Source: Macrostomum lignano (lineage: Eukaryota). From it: a stretch of 64,000 nucleotides of DNA. The translations under genes and the position numbers were made by a program. The notes beneath the pieces were generated by a model. That model worked only from the letters and a program-made list of their open reading frames with translations. It had not been told where the DNA came from and ran no database searches. Location: positions 109,549-173,548 of the forward strand of contig NIVC01002439.1 in NCBI GenBank assembly GCA_002269645.1, written 5' to 3'. Position 1 is the first letter of the stretch, and every line of letters starts with the position of its first letter. Shown here piece by piece: positions 23,765-35,650 of this stretch.

Positions 23765-24847
23765 TCAGGCTTCAGGCTTTAATCCTGTTGAGGTCGGCAA
23801 GGAGATCGCCGAGTTCCTATTCGTCGCCTTCCTGCCCGGTAGACCGAGCATTAGTGTATCCACGAAGGCCTGTCGGAATCCGTGGCCAATAAAATAGACG
23901 AACGGATCCAGTACGTTGTGCAGAAACTGAACCGCATGAAAGATATTATAGTACATATCCAGCTGGGCTTCCGGCAGTACTTGTGTGCCTATGATTTTTT
24001 CGAAATAGCCTTCGAGCAGTGACAAACCAGCTCTTGGACCGTGCGAAAAGAAGAACATGAAATTCATGAAGATCATCACAATGCAAGCCGTCACAAGCTT
24101 CTTTTGCTTCACTTTGTCCACGCCAGCTGACAATTTTGCAACGTTTCGCTGCTGCAGAATCAAAGTGACGCCCACGCTCACGCTTGCGGCCAACAGGTAG
24201 ATAAACAGTCCCATAGTGCTCATGTAGAAGTCGATGTGATAATGAATCGGATCTAGCTTTAATAGAAACTCAAAACTCGGATGTTCGTCACATTTCCCAT
24301 CAACGTAGCCCTGCTGAATACTCCAGATAGTTGGGGCAACACTGCCTAGAAGAAATAGAGCAACCAGCATAATATAATTATTCCTCATTGTCATAATACT
24401 TTTCACCTTTAGCGGTAGCACTACAGCGAGGACTCTCTCGGTGGTGAGGGCCACAAGAAAAAAGGGCGCGCCGTTTAACAGGAACTTCTGAAAATAGTTA
24501 ATGAAGTGACACGCGGCTACGCTGTCGTGCTGCCGACCCATGAGTGTGTTGTCTAACTTCGTTGGTGCAAACTTCAATACCCAGAACTTATGATAGTAAT
24601 AAGTGCCGCTCACTGACAGGACAACAATGTCTGATGCCGTGATTATCAGCATGTTTAGGCGAGATATTTTGGGGAAGATTGACCTGCCTCGATAGATAGT
24701 GATAAAGCAGAGCAGATTGAATAGAATGCCAAACGCTAAGAGTGACGGCATTAGCCAGATGACGATGTTGTCGAACGTCCAGCGCCAACCTGGAATCTCG
24801 AACCACTTCAACTCGGTGTCCGTGTCATTTCCCTGCTGACCCGCCAT
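23765..24847 (-). CDS. intronless class A (rhodopsin-like) GPCR, peptide-receptor-like orphan, 360 aa
   Basis: Seven hydrophobic segments; TM1 GILFNLL, TM2 ASD, TM3 Cys and TTERVLAV, ECL2 Cys, TM6 FFFSHGP, TM7 NVLDPFVY. First ATG at 24847; the ORF track start at 24856 is a TTG. Confidence 0.92.
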   Translation of the reverse strand: MAGQQGNDTDTELKWFEIPGWRWTFDNIVIWLMPSLLAFGILFNLLCFITIYRGRSIFPKISRLNMLIITASDIVVLSVSGTYYYHKFWVLKFAPTKLDNTLMGRQHDSVAACHFINYFQKFLLNGAPFFLVALTTERVLAVVLPLKVKSIMTMRNNYIMLVALFLLGSVAPTIWSIQQGYVDGKCDEHPSFEFLLKLDPIHYHIDFYMSTMGLFIYLLAASVSVGVTLILQQRNVAKLSAGVDKVKQKKLVTACIVMIFMNFMFFFSHGPRAGLSLLEGYFEKIIGTQVLPEAQLDMYYNIFHAVQFLHNVLDPFVYFIGHGFRQAFVDTLMLGLPGRKATNRNSAISLPTSTGLKPEA

Positions 24848-25439
24848 CTGCAACAATCAATGGGTATCGGGTGCTTAGAGTGATATATATTTTGAAGCAG
24901 TTCAATATGTCAGTTTGCTTTCTGACTGGACAACTTACCTTAGGATCGCAGACGCGGGAGAATGATGTGGAACAATTGTGAACTGGTTTGACTCGGCGAT
25001 ATCGCGAGAACAAGAATTCAATAACTACAATGCTTTTTTATACACTGTTTTTGGCCAGATCTAGCGGCGCAGATCACATTTCGAATAAATCCATTAGCAG
25101 ACAAAGCATCTAAAAGCACACGATCAGATTTCGATTAGTTAAATGTATCCTCATTTCATTAATTGCATCCATGCCCAGCCGCATTAATGGCATGCATAGT
25201 CCAATGACATTGTCCTGCCTTCTGGTTACTTTGATGAATCTGACCATCTTGACTCGATTTGAAGCATCTAAAAGGTCCCGATCCAATTGATTGTAGAATA
25301 TCTCAATTTCATTAATTGAACTGAATCACAGTAATGGAAATGCAGTGTCCAATGACATCGACATGCTTTTTAGACATTTGGGTAAAAATACGACACTGTA
25401 TCACTGTCACTATCACTGTATCGCCGGCCTGGTCCGTCT

Positions 25440-25620
25440 AAGCGACTATCATCCTGCTGCTGACGCTGCAGGCACCCTACCGACGAGGACACCCGGGCTC
25501 GCACTCGGCGCTTCGTCAATTGCCTGCTGGCTGACGCCGGCGTCCCGGATTCTGTCGGCGGCTTGGCCTAAGTTCGCATTCGTAGGCCCGAGGCGCGCAC
25601 TGTGACGCGCTGTTCCTGTT
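25440..25620 (+). mobile_element. short 3' fragment of a non-LTR retrotransposon (same family as 25760-26545)
   Basis: CTGACGCTGCAGGCACCCTACCG...ACTCGGCGCTTCGTCAATTGCCTGCTGGCTGACGCCGGC matches 26360-26440. Confidence 0.75.
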
Positions 25621-25759
25621 TTATAAGACTTAAGTAACAACGTTTTCTGTTGTGGTATGATCAACCTTACTGTACATGAACATTCCCAACTCTGGTCTCT
25701 TCTGAAGAGAAACAACAATCCCCTTATCTTTCGCTTGCTTTTCTATGCTTTTCTTGCCG

Positions 25760-26545
25760 GAGAGACGGCTCAGCGTGCTTGGCTACGCCGATGACCTCGC
25801 CCTGCTGTCCTCGACCGTCGAGGGCGCCCAACGACAGCTGGATAGGCTGGTTGCCGTTGCGGCGAGCGTCGGCCTGGTGGTCAACACGCAGAAGACCGTC
25901 GTGCTATGCGTGCCGGTCGACACCGAGGCTGCAATCTTCTGCCGAGGCGCTGACGGACAGGCGATTGAGCTTCCAAGATGTCAGCAGTTCGTCTACCTCA
26001 GCGGTCTGGTTCCCGACGTTCGCGAGGATCTGCGGCGTCGCCGAGGACTTGCCTGGGCTGCCTTTCGTTCTATAAGATCAGTCCTGCAGTTCGAGGCCCT
26101 ACCGGACCGCCAGAGGGCGGCGCTGTTCCAGGCGGTGATCGAAACCGTCCTGTTATACAACGCCGAGACCTGGACGCTGACAGACTCGCTCGCGCCGCCT
26201 TCAAGATCGGCAACGAGCGAGTCACCAACACGGCGCTCTTTCATCGCGCCGGCCTGGCCCGTCCTAGCGATCTGCTGCGCCGTCGGCGACTCCAGCTGGC
26301 AGGCCACGTCATCCGCGCCGAGGCCTACTGTCCGGAGCCGGTGCAGGAGGTGCTGCTACTTACGTTGCAGGCACCCTACCGGCGGGGACAGGCGAGGACT
26401 CGGCGCTACGTCGACTGTCTGCTGGCTGACGCCGGCGCCCCGGTCTCTGCCGGCGGTGCGGCCTTTGTTCGCGCCCAAGCTTCGAAGCGCGCCATCTGAC
26501 GCTGCTTTTGCGAACCGGCAGCGTACTCTGTTGTTGTTGTTGTTG
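25760..26545 (+). mobile_element. 5'-truncated non-LTR (RTE-like) retrotransposon
   Basis: RT motif GYADDLALL at 25781, then GLVVNTQKT, FVYL and LLYNAETW; frameshift near 26180, then RRRRLQLAGHVIR; (TTG)n tail at about 26529-26545. Confidence 0.85.
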
Positions 26546-26799
26546 CTTTTCTATACAATTCTATTTCAATTAGACACCCAATCATCAAGGTATCAATCTA
26601 TTAATCCCTGATCTAAGATCCAATCAACTAGAGGTGGATACTTCATTAGAGGACCCCAATTTCGATCGGAATCCAACAAGAAAAAAACATGTTGGCAGAC
26701 TTCGACGACGTGAAAGAAAGTATCAAGTTTGGCTTTGGGAAATTCCGAAGTTGAGAAGCGACGAACAAGCTTTGGCTTTTGCCTCAAGTACGACTGCAT

Positions 26800-27500
26800 G
26801 AGAATGTTGGTAGCATTTGTTTAGAAAGCCTTGCGTAGACTATAGCTTTTTCGTTTGGAGTGAACTGTTGTATTTATTCGTTGTTGCAAAACGAGGGCGT
26901 CCAGCCCAGTTAAGGTCTCTGCCGCTGATAGTAATAGGATGGGTCCACCAGGAGCGTATGCTCGGACCACCTATGATTAGATCCCCTATACATGGGCTGC
27001 GTCACAAAGATAGCAGACCTATGGCTGCAGGGGTGAGCCTGCAACCAAATGAGGTGAAAAGGTTTTGGTTGTCCAAACTGTGAAGCTCAATATTGACGTC
27101 GGCCGGCGGTATATTTCCAAGGCTTGGCATCGCAACCCGCTTTAGCAGACCAGTTCGGCCTCCCTCAGAGATCCTCAATCATCCGCTGGCGTTAAATACC
27201 CATCAGACAGGGTCGACCATTGTGGGTATGCCCTGGATATAAAAAATTCCGCCACTGGGGAATTGGACCATGACCCCGAAACACAGAGCAGCTGTCTCTA
27301 AGGCGTTGAACACTTGCATCTCCAATGCCTAGGATCCCCGATTCCCGGTGGGTCACACCTGGCAGGGGTTACCAAATTCTGGGGCTCATGCCTTTCAATT
27401 ATAATTATAATTTTTTGATCCAGCTTCTGATGGGGCACGAAGTCTAACCATCAGGCGCGGTCTATGTTGCGCAGCTCCTTACACGGATAAGGTTCACCTA
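26800..27500 (-). mobile_element. possible highly degraded reverse transcriptase fragment
   Basis: Broken-frame motifs WLDFVPHQKL and FYIQGIP followed by STLS resemble non-LTR RT motifs; many stops and shifts. Confidence 0.35.
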
Positions 27501-28844
27501 GCGCAATGGCAGCTCAAAGCAGCTCAAAACGCGGTACTAGCTCTTCCTGAAATCCTGGAAAATCAGGCAACTCACCAGCGAAGCAAGATCGTTGGCCAGA
27601 CAAGCCCAAGATCGCACCAACCTTCCAGGCTGAGTGCTCCTTTGGTGACAATCTCATCATCATCGTTATTCGCTACTGGAATCCTATCTATGGGGACTAC
27701 TTTGTATTACTGTTCATGTAATAGGAATACGTGGACTGAGCAGCCTATTGCTCCCTGGAATAAAACACACAGCATCTTTAAAAGACATGCAATGTATCGT
27801 AACACAAATCCTGGTTAATCCCGGCAAGCCTTGATACACCAAGGCCTACTTCAAGTAGTAACTATGTTTCTTGGAAATTTTTAGGAGGCAGGTTTTACTG
27901 AAAATATATATTACGGCTACGGGAAGTGGAGGGTTCCATTTTTCAGCACAAAGTTATGTTTACGTACAAAAAATGTTGCACTCACAAATTGACCTGGGGA
28001 TTGGTGTCAAGCTCTATTTCTGATTTTTTACTTTAAACAGATTCGAGACAGACTTTATAGGTTTATATTTAAGTAAAAACATGCTAGATCATAATTTTAG
28101 TGTCGGACATTTAGTTGTTGTTAAAACTACTGCTTTGAATTAAACCTCACGTCGTGCGTGCCTATATAGCCATTGAATTTAAATTTTCCTTATTTGTAAG
28201 AAAAATCTAATATAACTTGAGTCAGTCATCGTTAATTTAATCTGTTGAATCTGTTGCTATAATTCTTTAAAAGCTTAAAAAATCATTTTTGGTAGGCTTC
28301 TAATCAATTCTGTATTTACTTATTATGGTCTACAGGTCTACCACAGTTTATGCCAGCTTGATTGCATGGCTAGGTCAGCTAGCAATTGTGCATAGCATAG
28401 GCCTAGGCCATAGCGTCAGCGAAAGCATATGTTTTATGTATGATCTGAAAAATGGGACAGTTTGTCTGATTCCTTGTAGGCGTTGTAGCTTCTCATTTGT
28501 CTTCAACGAAGTGCCCTTCAAGCTTAAATTTTGTTAGGTTACTGTTAATTATTTTTGATCCTTCAAAGTTGTAGTGGACCAGTGGTGTTGTGTTGTCTTG
28601 TGTTTGGCGTTTGCTTTATTGTTGCTAATGCTATGCATCAAGAATCAAAATAGGCCTAATCATGATTTATGATTCTAATTTAATATTGTATTGTCTATTA
28701 TTCTTTTGTTTATACATAAAACTTTGGATTTGTCCAGTTGGTTTTTTACCAATGTTTAGGCCTAACTGATATTGAAATATACTAGGCCTACATAGAGTGT
28801 ATGAAATATACTAGGCCTATAGGCCTAGGCCTACTATAGAGGAT

Positions 28845-30169
28845 GGTTCCTATACACTTCGTCATCTTACCACTTTGTCATCCACTTATATTTTGGACAC
28901 TGTCATCTTACCACTTCGTCATCCACATTACTAATGTAGACACTTCGTAATCTATTCCCTGGACTGGACACTTCGTCATCTACTCCCAGGACACTTTGTT
29001 ATCCACTTTTTGTATGAAAAACTTTGCTATATATATGTAATATACATATACTCAAACATGCAACTATATGTAGGCTATAAAGATTAATATTAGACATTAT
29101 ACATGTATATGTATCAATCTACATATAGTCTGCATATAGATATAGTCGCCCTCCTCCTTTCACATTCTGGGCTTAGGACCAGACAATGGCGGAGTTACGA
29201 CCCACAAAGATAGTCATTAAATACCATAATTCATAGCTATACATAGAGGCACAAAGATCACAAAGTTCACAAAGCACAAAGAGAATAGCATTAAGACCCA
29301 TTAAAATCCATTATGTAACTACACATGCATGGCCACATACTTTTGCTGCCTCCCCTTTGGTTGTAGAAGTAATAATGCCAATATTAGGGCTTTAACAAGG
29401 AAGCAAAAATAATTATTAGAGCTTGGCAAGTTTGAACCTATTAGGGTGAACCAAAAGTTTCCAGAATTTTTTTCGAATCAAATTTTTAGTTACTTTTTGT
29501 CTATGAAAAAGCTTAAAATTAAGCAGCAACTATCTACTATGCTGTTGGCCAGGCCTTATCATCACTTCATTTTTGAAGTGTTGATTATGTTTTAACAATT
29601 AGGCTAAGAACTAAATGGTGAGCACTAGTATTTCTTGGCTTGGGCGCAAACAAAGGCCGCGCCACCGGCAGTGTCAGCCAGCAGACAGTCAACGTAACGC
29701 CGAGTTCGCGCTTGACCTTGCCGGTAGAGGGTGCCTGCAGCGTGAGCAGCAGCATCTCCTGCACCGGCTGTGGGCAGTATGACTCGGCACGGATGAGATA
29801 ACCTGCGAGCTGGAGTCGCCAAAGGCGCAGTAGATCGCTTGGATATGGAAGGCCAGCGTGGCGATAGAGTGGATGCCAATTATAGTGACAGTTGAATTTC
29901 TAAGTGTGTATTTAATCGTAAACCTACTTCCAAAAATACTAAATCTCTAAGGTTTGTACATATGCTTGTTACAGACTAAATTGACCGAGTAACAATTTAT
30001 AACAATATAACAATCAAATAACAACTTACAGCCTTGCGAAATCTTGGGATGACAAAGTGTCCTCAAAATTTGGTCACTTCGTCATCTAGATTTACTAACT
30101 AATTTTTGATGACGAAATGTCCAAAATCCATGGTCACAAAGTTGTAAGATGACAAAGTGTCCAGGAACC
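28845..30169. mobile_element. foldback/MITE-type DNA transposon with 8-bp TSD and a nested non-LTR fragment
   Basis: TIRs GGTTCCT..ACACTTYGTCATCTTACMACTTTGT; TSD TAGAGGAT (28837-28844) / TAGAGTAT (30170-30177); repeated CACTTCGTCATC motifs in the arms. Confidence 0.75.
29625..29880 (-). mobile_element. non-LTR (RTE-like) 3' fragment
   Basis: The minus strand encodes RQGQARTRRYVDCLLADTAGGAAFV, nearly identical to the 26380-26480 peptide. Confidence 0.85.
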
Positions 30170-30911
30170 TAGAGTATAGCCTAGGCCTGGGAGTGGGATG
30201 GCTGCATAGCACATTGGCTGACAAGTGGAATGGGATGACCTATCCTCTATCCCCTTTCCCTTATCCACTTGTCTAGACACCCTATTCCACTTGTTATCCA
30301 ATTTGCAGCCACATTAATCTTACAAGATATATTTTAATGTCAATTTAATATTGCTAAAAAACGAACTATTCAAAGTTATACACATTTTAGTTTTATAACA
30401 GAATAGAAATGAAATTTTGCTAATAAATAATTTAGGCCCTAGTAAAAATAATGGACAAAAATTCCCAATCATAGATTAAAGCTGCATATACAGTCCTGTC
30501 TTTAGAATTTATAGACTTGTAAATTTGATAAAAATCTAAAAAATATTTCTTTCCTACTTAGAAAAAGTGACTGACAAGAAGTCCAAAGACTAGGCCTATG
30601 TATACAAAATATCTAGCTAGCTAGCTTGGCCAATCTAGCTAAGTAATAGGGTGGCCAAGGTAAGTATATCATAAAACTAATTAACCAAGCACCAAAAAAT
30701 CAAAAGTATTAATATATAGGTCAAAAACAATAAACTGAATGAATGAATAAAAGTAAAAAAAGAAAAGAAGTGTCTATATAAGTAGACCTAAAACATTAAA
30801 AGAAAAGTGCTCAAGTATACACCAAATTACTATATTAATAATTAAAGCCAAAGTAAGAAAATATTAAAGTTGTATAAAGAGCAAAACTGTTACAAAATGT
30901 TTCTTAAAATA

Positions 30912-31699
30912 TGAGGGGTGTTGCAAAAGTTTCCGGACTAATGCTCTTCATAGTAATAATTTTAGTCTGATTCAGCAAAAAATTTAAACAGACAAACAGG
31001 CAACTTGTATTTTATAATATTATAAAGTTTCAGAAAGTTTGGAGTTGATGGTTAATAGTAATAAGCGATTGTACACTAGATTATTTATAGTCATGGAATA
31101 TGATTTCTGAGTTACAGCTACCAATCACTGTCACTGTTGCTTCTATCGCTGGATGCGTCCACAGATTGATTGCTGGCTTGCTCCACGTATTCGCCATTTA
31201 CAGAGATGCATTTTTGGTAGTGCTCAATCAGCTTGTCAAAGCCAGACTCCCAGAAGCTGGCATCGAACCAACACAGAGACTTGTTGGCTGCTTCAATGAC
31301 CTCGCGCGTTGTGAAGATCTCACCACACATTGGCATCTTCATTAGGCCAAAGAACACCAAAAGCAAGATGCACCTCATCAAAGGTCTGTGTCGCTGTTTT
31401 GCCCTCTCGTTGGCATGCCATGATAAAGTGGTGCTGGCTTTCCTTAGACCCAAACTCCGATGGATTCTTTGGTCGACTCATTTTCACTCACTTTTGGTTT
31501 GTGAAAAATTGTGTCAATAGCTTCAAAGGGTTGCAACTTATTTTGGCCCTGATATATGCTGTGATTGACTAAGCTGCAAAAAAATTTAGGAAAAGTTTTT
31601 TTCTATAACTGAATACCATAGACATCAATTTTCAGCCTAATCAAACACGAATTGTCACCAGGATTAGCATTAGTCCGGAAACTTTTGCAACACCCCTTG
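30912..31699 (-). mobile_element. internally deleted mariner transposon
   Basis: About 30-bp TIRs (AGGGGTGTTGCAAAAGTTTCCGGACTAATGC), TA TSDs at 30910-30911 and 31700-31701. An N-terminal GKTATQTFDEVHLAFG is fused to the C-terminal FWESGFDKLIEHYQKCISVNGEYVEQ; the DD34D core is missing. Confidence 0.92.
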
Positions 31700-32389
31700 T
31701 ATAACTATATTCAATATAAATTTTGTAGAAAACTATCAAGGTATCAAGATAAAATTCAAGGAAGTTGCACTTATATTAAGTATAAAGTGCCCTATCAAAG
31801 ACAGATTTAAAAATATAAAATGGGATAAGGTAGATTTAAACCATGAGTGGGGATGCCATAATATGGATTAGAGGAATGCCATAATTCATTAGATGGGTAC
31901 TATACTAAGCAAACTGAAGACAGTGAAGACCTTTTTAGGGCAAAGGAAAAAGGGCACTATCATTGTTAGCCACAAGGTAGATAGCCACCCCTCTAAATTA
32001 GCCACTGTATTTTATATTTGATATCATATGCCTTAAAATATAATATAAATCATAATATGAGTATCAATATGCAAACGATAGATTTCTATTCTATTCTATT
32101 ATTGTTTTGCAGATCAAAATACAAGTTTTTTAAAAGAATATATTGAAATCAGAAATTTTTGAATCTATCTAATGCTAAAGTTATAAGCATACACAAAAGT
32201 TTAGTCTACTTTGCTGTGAATTTAGGTCTACTAAAGATCAGTATATTTAGGTCTGCTAAAGTTCAGTTTATTTAGGTCTGCTAAAGTTCAGTTTAGGTCT
32301 GCTGAAATTTAGTTTATTTAGGTCTGCTAAAGTTCAGTTTAGGTCTGCACAAATTTGTGCACTAGTCCTTTAATTTCATTTTTAATTAG

Positions 32390-34899
32390 GGGCCTGTGTT
32401 TCCCCAACTCTGCCCAAATTGCTGGCTGAGCAGGGCTCTCAGGATCTGGTGTTCAGCGAGAACCGGCTCGTCTCCGGCTCCCTGGACGCTCTGATCGACC
32501 TGTTCCTACCTTGCGCCGACGTGGCCCCGGACCCTGCCTATTCGTTCACCTTCCTGCTCACCTCGCGCCTGTTTGTGGCTCCGGCCGACCTGCTGTTTGA
32601 GCTCAGCCAGTGCCATCTGGCGATGCCGCACGGCCAGGAGCGGCGCCGTTTAGTTGAGCACTCGCTAGCCCTGCTGGACCAGTGGACTAAGCTATTCCCC
32701 TACGATTTCCTTGGCCGGAAAATGTCCGAAGTTCTGCGCGCCCTGTGCGAATCGTTGGCGAGGGAGTCGACTGACGCCTCGAAGCGGCTGGCCGACCTGA
32801 CCGCCTCCCTGCTGGCCCGACTCACGGCCGCTGCCCAGGCCGAGGCTGAGCTGCTTCGGCACTTCGAGGTCGGTCTCCGCCGCCTTCAGGAGCCGCCGTC
32901 AGCAGGGGTGCAAGGCGCCGCCGCGGGCCTGCTGGCCATCTGCTCGGACCCCGCCGTGCTGGCCGACCAGCTCACCATCGCCGAGCTCGAGCGGCTGCGT
33001 CATCTTGGTCCGGAGGAGCTGCTGCAGAGCTTCTGCCAGGAGAATCCGCGAAGGCAGCCCGTGCTGTTGGAGGAGAAGAAGGTAAGAATTTTCTTTTCGC
33101 TTTTTTCAGTTTAGATTTGACAGTTTTCAGGTTAGATCTGTCAGTTTTCAGTTTAGATCTGTCAGTTTTCAGGTAGATCTGTCAGTTTTCAGGTTAGATC
33201 TGTCAGTTTTCAGTTTAGATCTGTCAGTTTTCAGGTAGATCTGTCAGTTTTCAGGTTAGATCTGTCAGTTTTCAGGTAGATCTGTCAGTTTTCAGGTTAG
33301 ATCTGTCAGTTTTCAGGTAGATCTGTCAGTTTTCAGGTTAGATCTGTCAGTTTTCAGGTAGATCTGTCAGTTTTCAGGTTAGATCTGTCAGTTTTCAGGT
33401 AGATCTGTCAGTTTTCAGGTAGATCTGTCAGTTTTCAGGTTAGATCTGTCAGTTTTCAGGTAGATCTGTCAGTTTTCAGGTAGATCTGTCAGTTTTCAGG
33501 TAGATCTGTCAGTTTTCAGGTTAGATCTGTCAGTTTTCAGGTAGATCTGTCAGTTTTCAGGTAGATCTGTCAGTTTTCAGGTAGATCTGTCAGTTTTCAG
33601 GTAGATCTGTCAGTTTTCAGGTAGATCTGTCAGTTTTCAGGTAGATCTGTCAGTTTTCAGGTAGATCTGTCAGTTTTCAGGTAGATCTGTCAGTTTTCAG
33701 GTTAGATCTGTCAGTTTTCAGGTAGATCCGTCAGTTTTCAGGTAGATCTGTCAGTTTTCAGGTAGATCTGTCAGTTTTCAGGTTAGATCTGTCAGTTTTC
33801 AGTTTAGATCTATCAGTTTCCAGTTTAGAGCTATAATTTTTTAGTTTAAATTAACTAGAGTTCAGTTTAGATTCGCTAGACTTCAATTTAGATTCGCTAG
33901 AGTTCAGTTTAGATTCGCTAGAGTTCAGTTTAGATTCGGTAAAGTTCAGTTTAGATTCGCTAGAGTTCAGTTTAGATTCGCTAGAGTTCAGTTTAGATTC
34001 GGTAAGAGTTCAGTTTAGATTCGCTAGAGTTCAGTTTAGATTCGCTAGAGTTCAGTTTAGATTCGCTAGAGTTCAGTTTAGATTCGCTAGACTTCAATTT
34101 AGATTCGCTAGAGTTCAGTTTAGATTCGCTACAGTTCATAGAGTTCAGTTTAGATTCGCTATAGCCCAGTTTAGATCTACAAGGTACCAGTCCAAAACTG
34201 GCACTCGCGAGTCCCTCGTCGCATTTGCAGGTGCACTTTCTCGAAGCCTACGCGCACTGGTTCAACCGGCTGAGCGCCCTGACCGCCACGGAGGTGTGCA
34301 TTCGACTGCGCAAGCGCGACCGAGTCCGGGCTGTCGACCAGCTGGTTGCCGCTGCCAACGCCTGCCTGCGCCAGCGCAACTTCAACTCGGCCATGGCCAT
34401 CCTGGCCGGCCTCAGTCAAGCGCCGGTGGCGCGCCTTCGCCGAACCTGGACTCGGGCGGCGCCAGGCTGCGCCGAGCTCGAAGCCCAGCTGAGTCCGGCG
34501 CACAATTTCGGCGCCTACAGACGGCTGCTGGCCGAGGCTGCCGGCCGGCCGGCCGTGCCGTTCTTCAGCCTGCTGCTGCGGGACCTGTTCGCGCTTGGCG
34601 AGCTGACCGCCACCCGCCAGGCCAATGGCTACGTTAACTTTCTCAAATGTCACGAGGCGGCCAGGCTGGTTGCTCAACTGCTGGCCTGGCGCGGCGCCGG
34701 CTCCGGGCCGGCGGTCAGGCGGCCTGAGGTGCAGGAGTGCCTGGCAACCCAGCCGGTGCTGTCCGGTCCGGCCCTGGCCTACGCCAGCTTCGAGTGCGAG
34801 CCGCCGGACACCGAGGCTGAGCGGGCGGCCTTCAGGCAGCTGAAGGAGCGCACGGTGCCGCCGTCCTATGCTACTCTGCGCGGCAAGAAGGCCAAGTGA
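32390..34899 (+). CDS. RASGEF1B: RasGEF domain family 1 (RASGEF1A/B/C-like) GEF; exons 32390-33081 and 34231-34899, start exon not located
   Basis: REM domain LVSGSLDALI...FTFLLTSRLF; CDC25 domain FLEAYAHWFNRLS, NFNSAMAILAGL, HNFGAYR, VPFFSLLLRDL, ALAYASFECEPP. Phase-0 intron; frame is open from the acceptor at 32389. Confidence 0.9.
33110..33830. repeat. 22-23 bp minisatellite in the RasGEF intron
   Basis: TAGATCTGTCAGTTTTCAGG(T) in tandem. Confidence 0.96.
33855..34175. repeat. 21-bp minisatellite in the RasGEF intron
   Basis: AGAGTTCAGTTTAGATTCGCT in tandem. Confidence 0.93.
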
Positions 34900-35049
34900 T
34901 CGACCTGTATTTGGGCTCGCCGTCTGCAGCCTCGTGTCAGGGTGAAACTCAATCTGTTAACGGATCCTTCGAGTGTGTCTCAAACTAAATCATTCTGAAA
35001 ACTCTTCACAAAACTACCCAAGAATCGTCTTAAACGCTAGGGCCTAACA

Positions 35050-35650
35050 GAAAATAGCCTCAAACTTTTCAGAGAATAGCCTCAAAACTACCCAGAGAGT
35101 GGCCTCAAAACTACCCAGAGAGTGGCCTCAAAACTACCCAGAGAATAGCCTCAAAACTACCCAGAGAATAGCCTCAAAACTACCCAGAGAATAGCCTCAA
35201 AACTACCCAGAGAATAGCCTCAAAACTACCCAGAGAATAGCCTCAAAACTACCCAGAGAATAGCCTCAAAACTACCCAGAGAATAGCCTCAAAACTACCC
35301 AAAGAATAGCCTCAAAACTACCCATAAAGTCGTGTCAAAACTACCCAAAGAATAGCCTCAAAACTACCCAAAGAATAGCCTCAAAACTACCCAAAGAATA
35401 GCCTCAAAACTACCCAAAGAATAGCCTCAAAACTACCCAAAGAATAGCCTCAAAACTACCCAAAGAATAGCCTCAAAACTACCCAAAGAATAGCCTCAAA
35501 ACTACCCAAAGAATAGCCTCAAAACTACCCATAAAGTCGTGTCAAAACTACCCAGAGAATAGCCTCAAAACTACCCAAAGAATAGCCTCAAAACTACCCA
35601 AAGAATAGCCTCAAAACTACCCAAAGAATAGCCTCAAAACTACCCAGAGA
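35050..35650. repeat. 23-bp minisatellite downstream of RasGEF
   Basis: AATAGCCTCAAAACTACCCA(G/A)AG in tandem. Confidence 0.95.
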
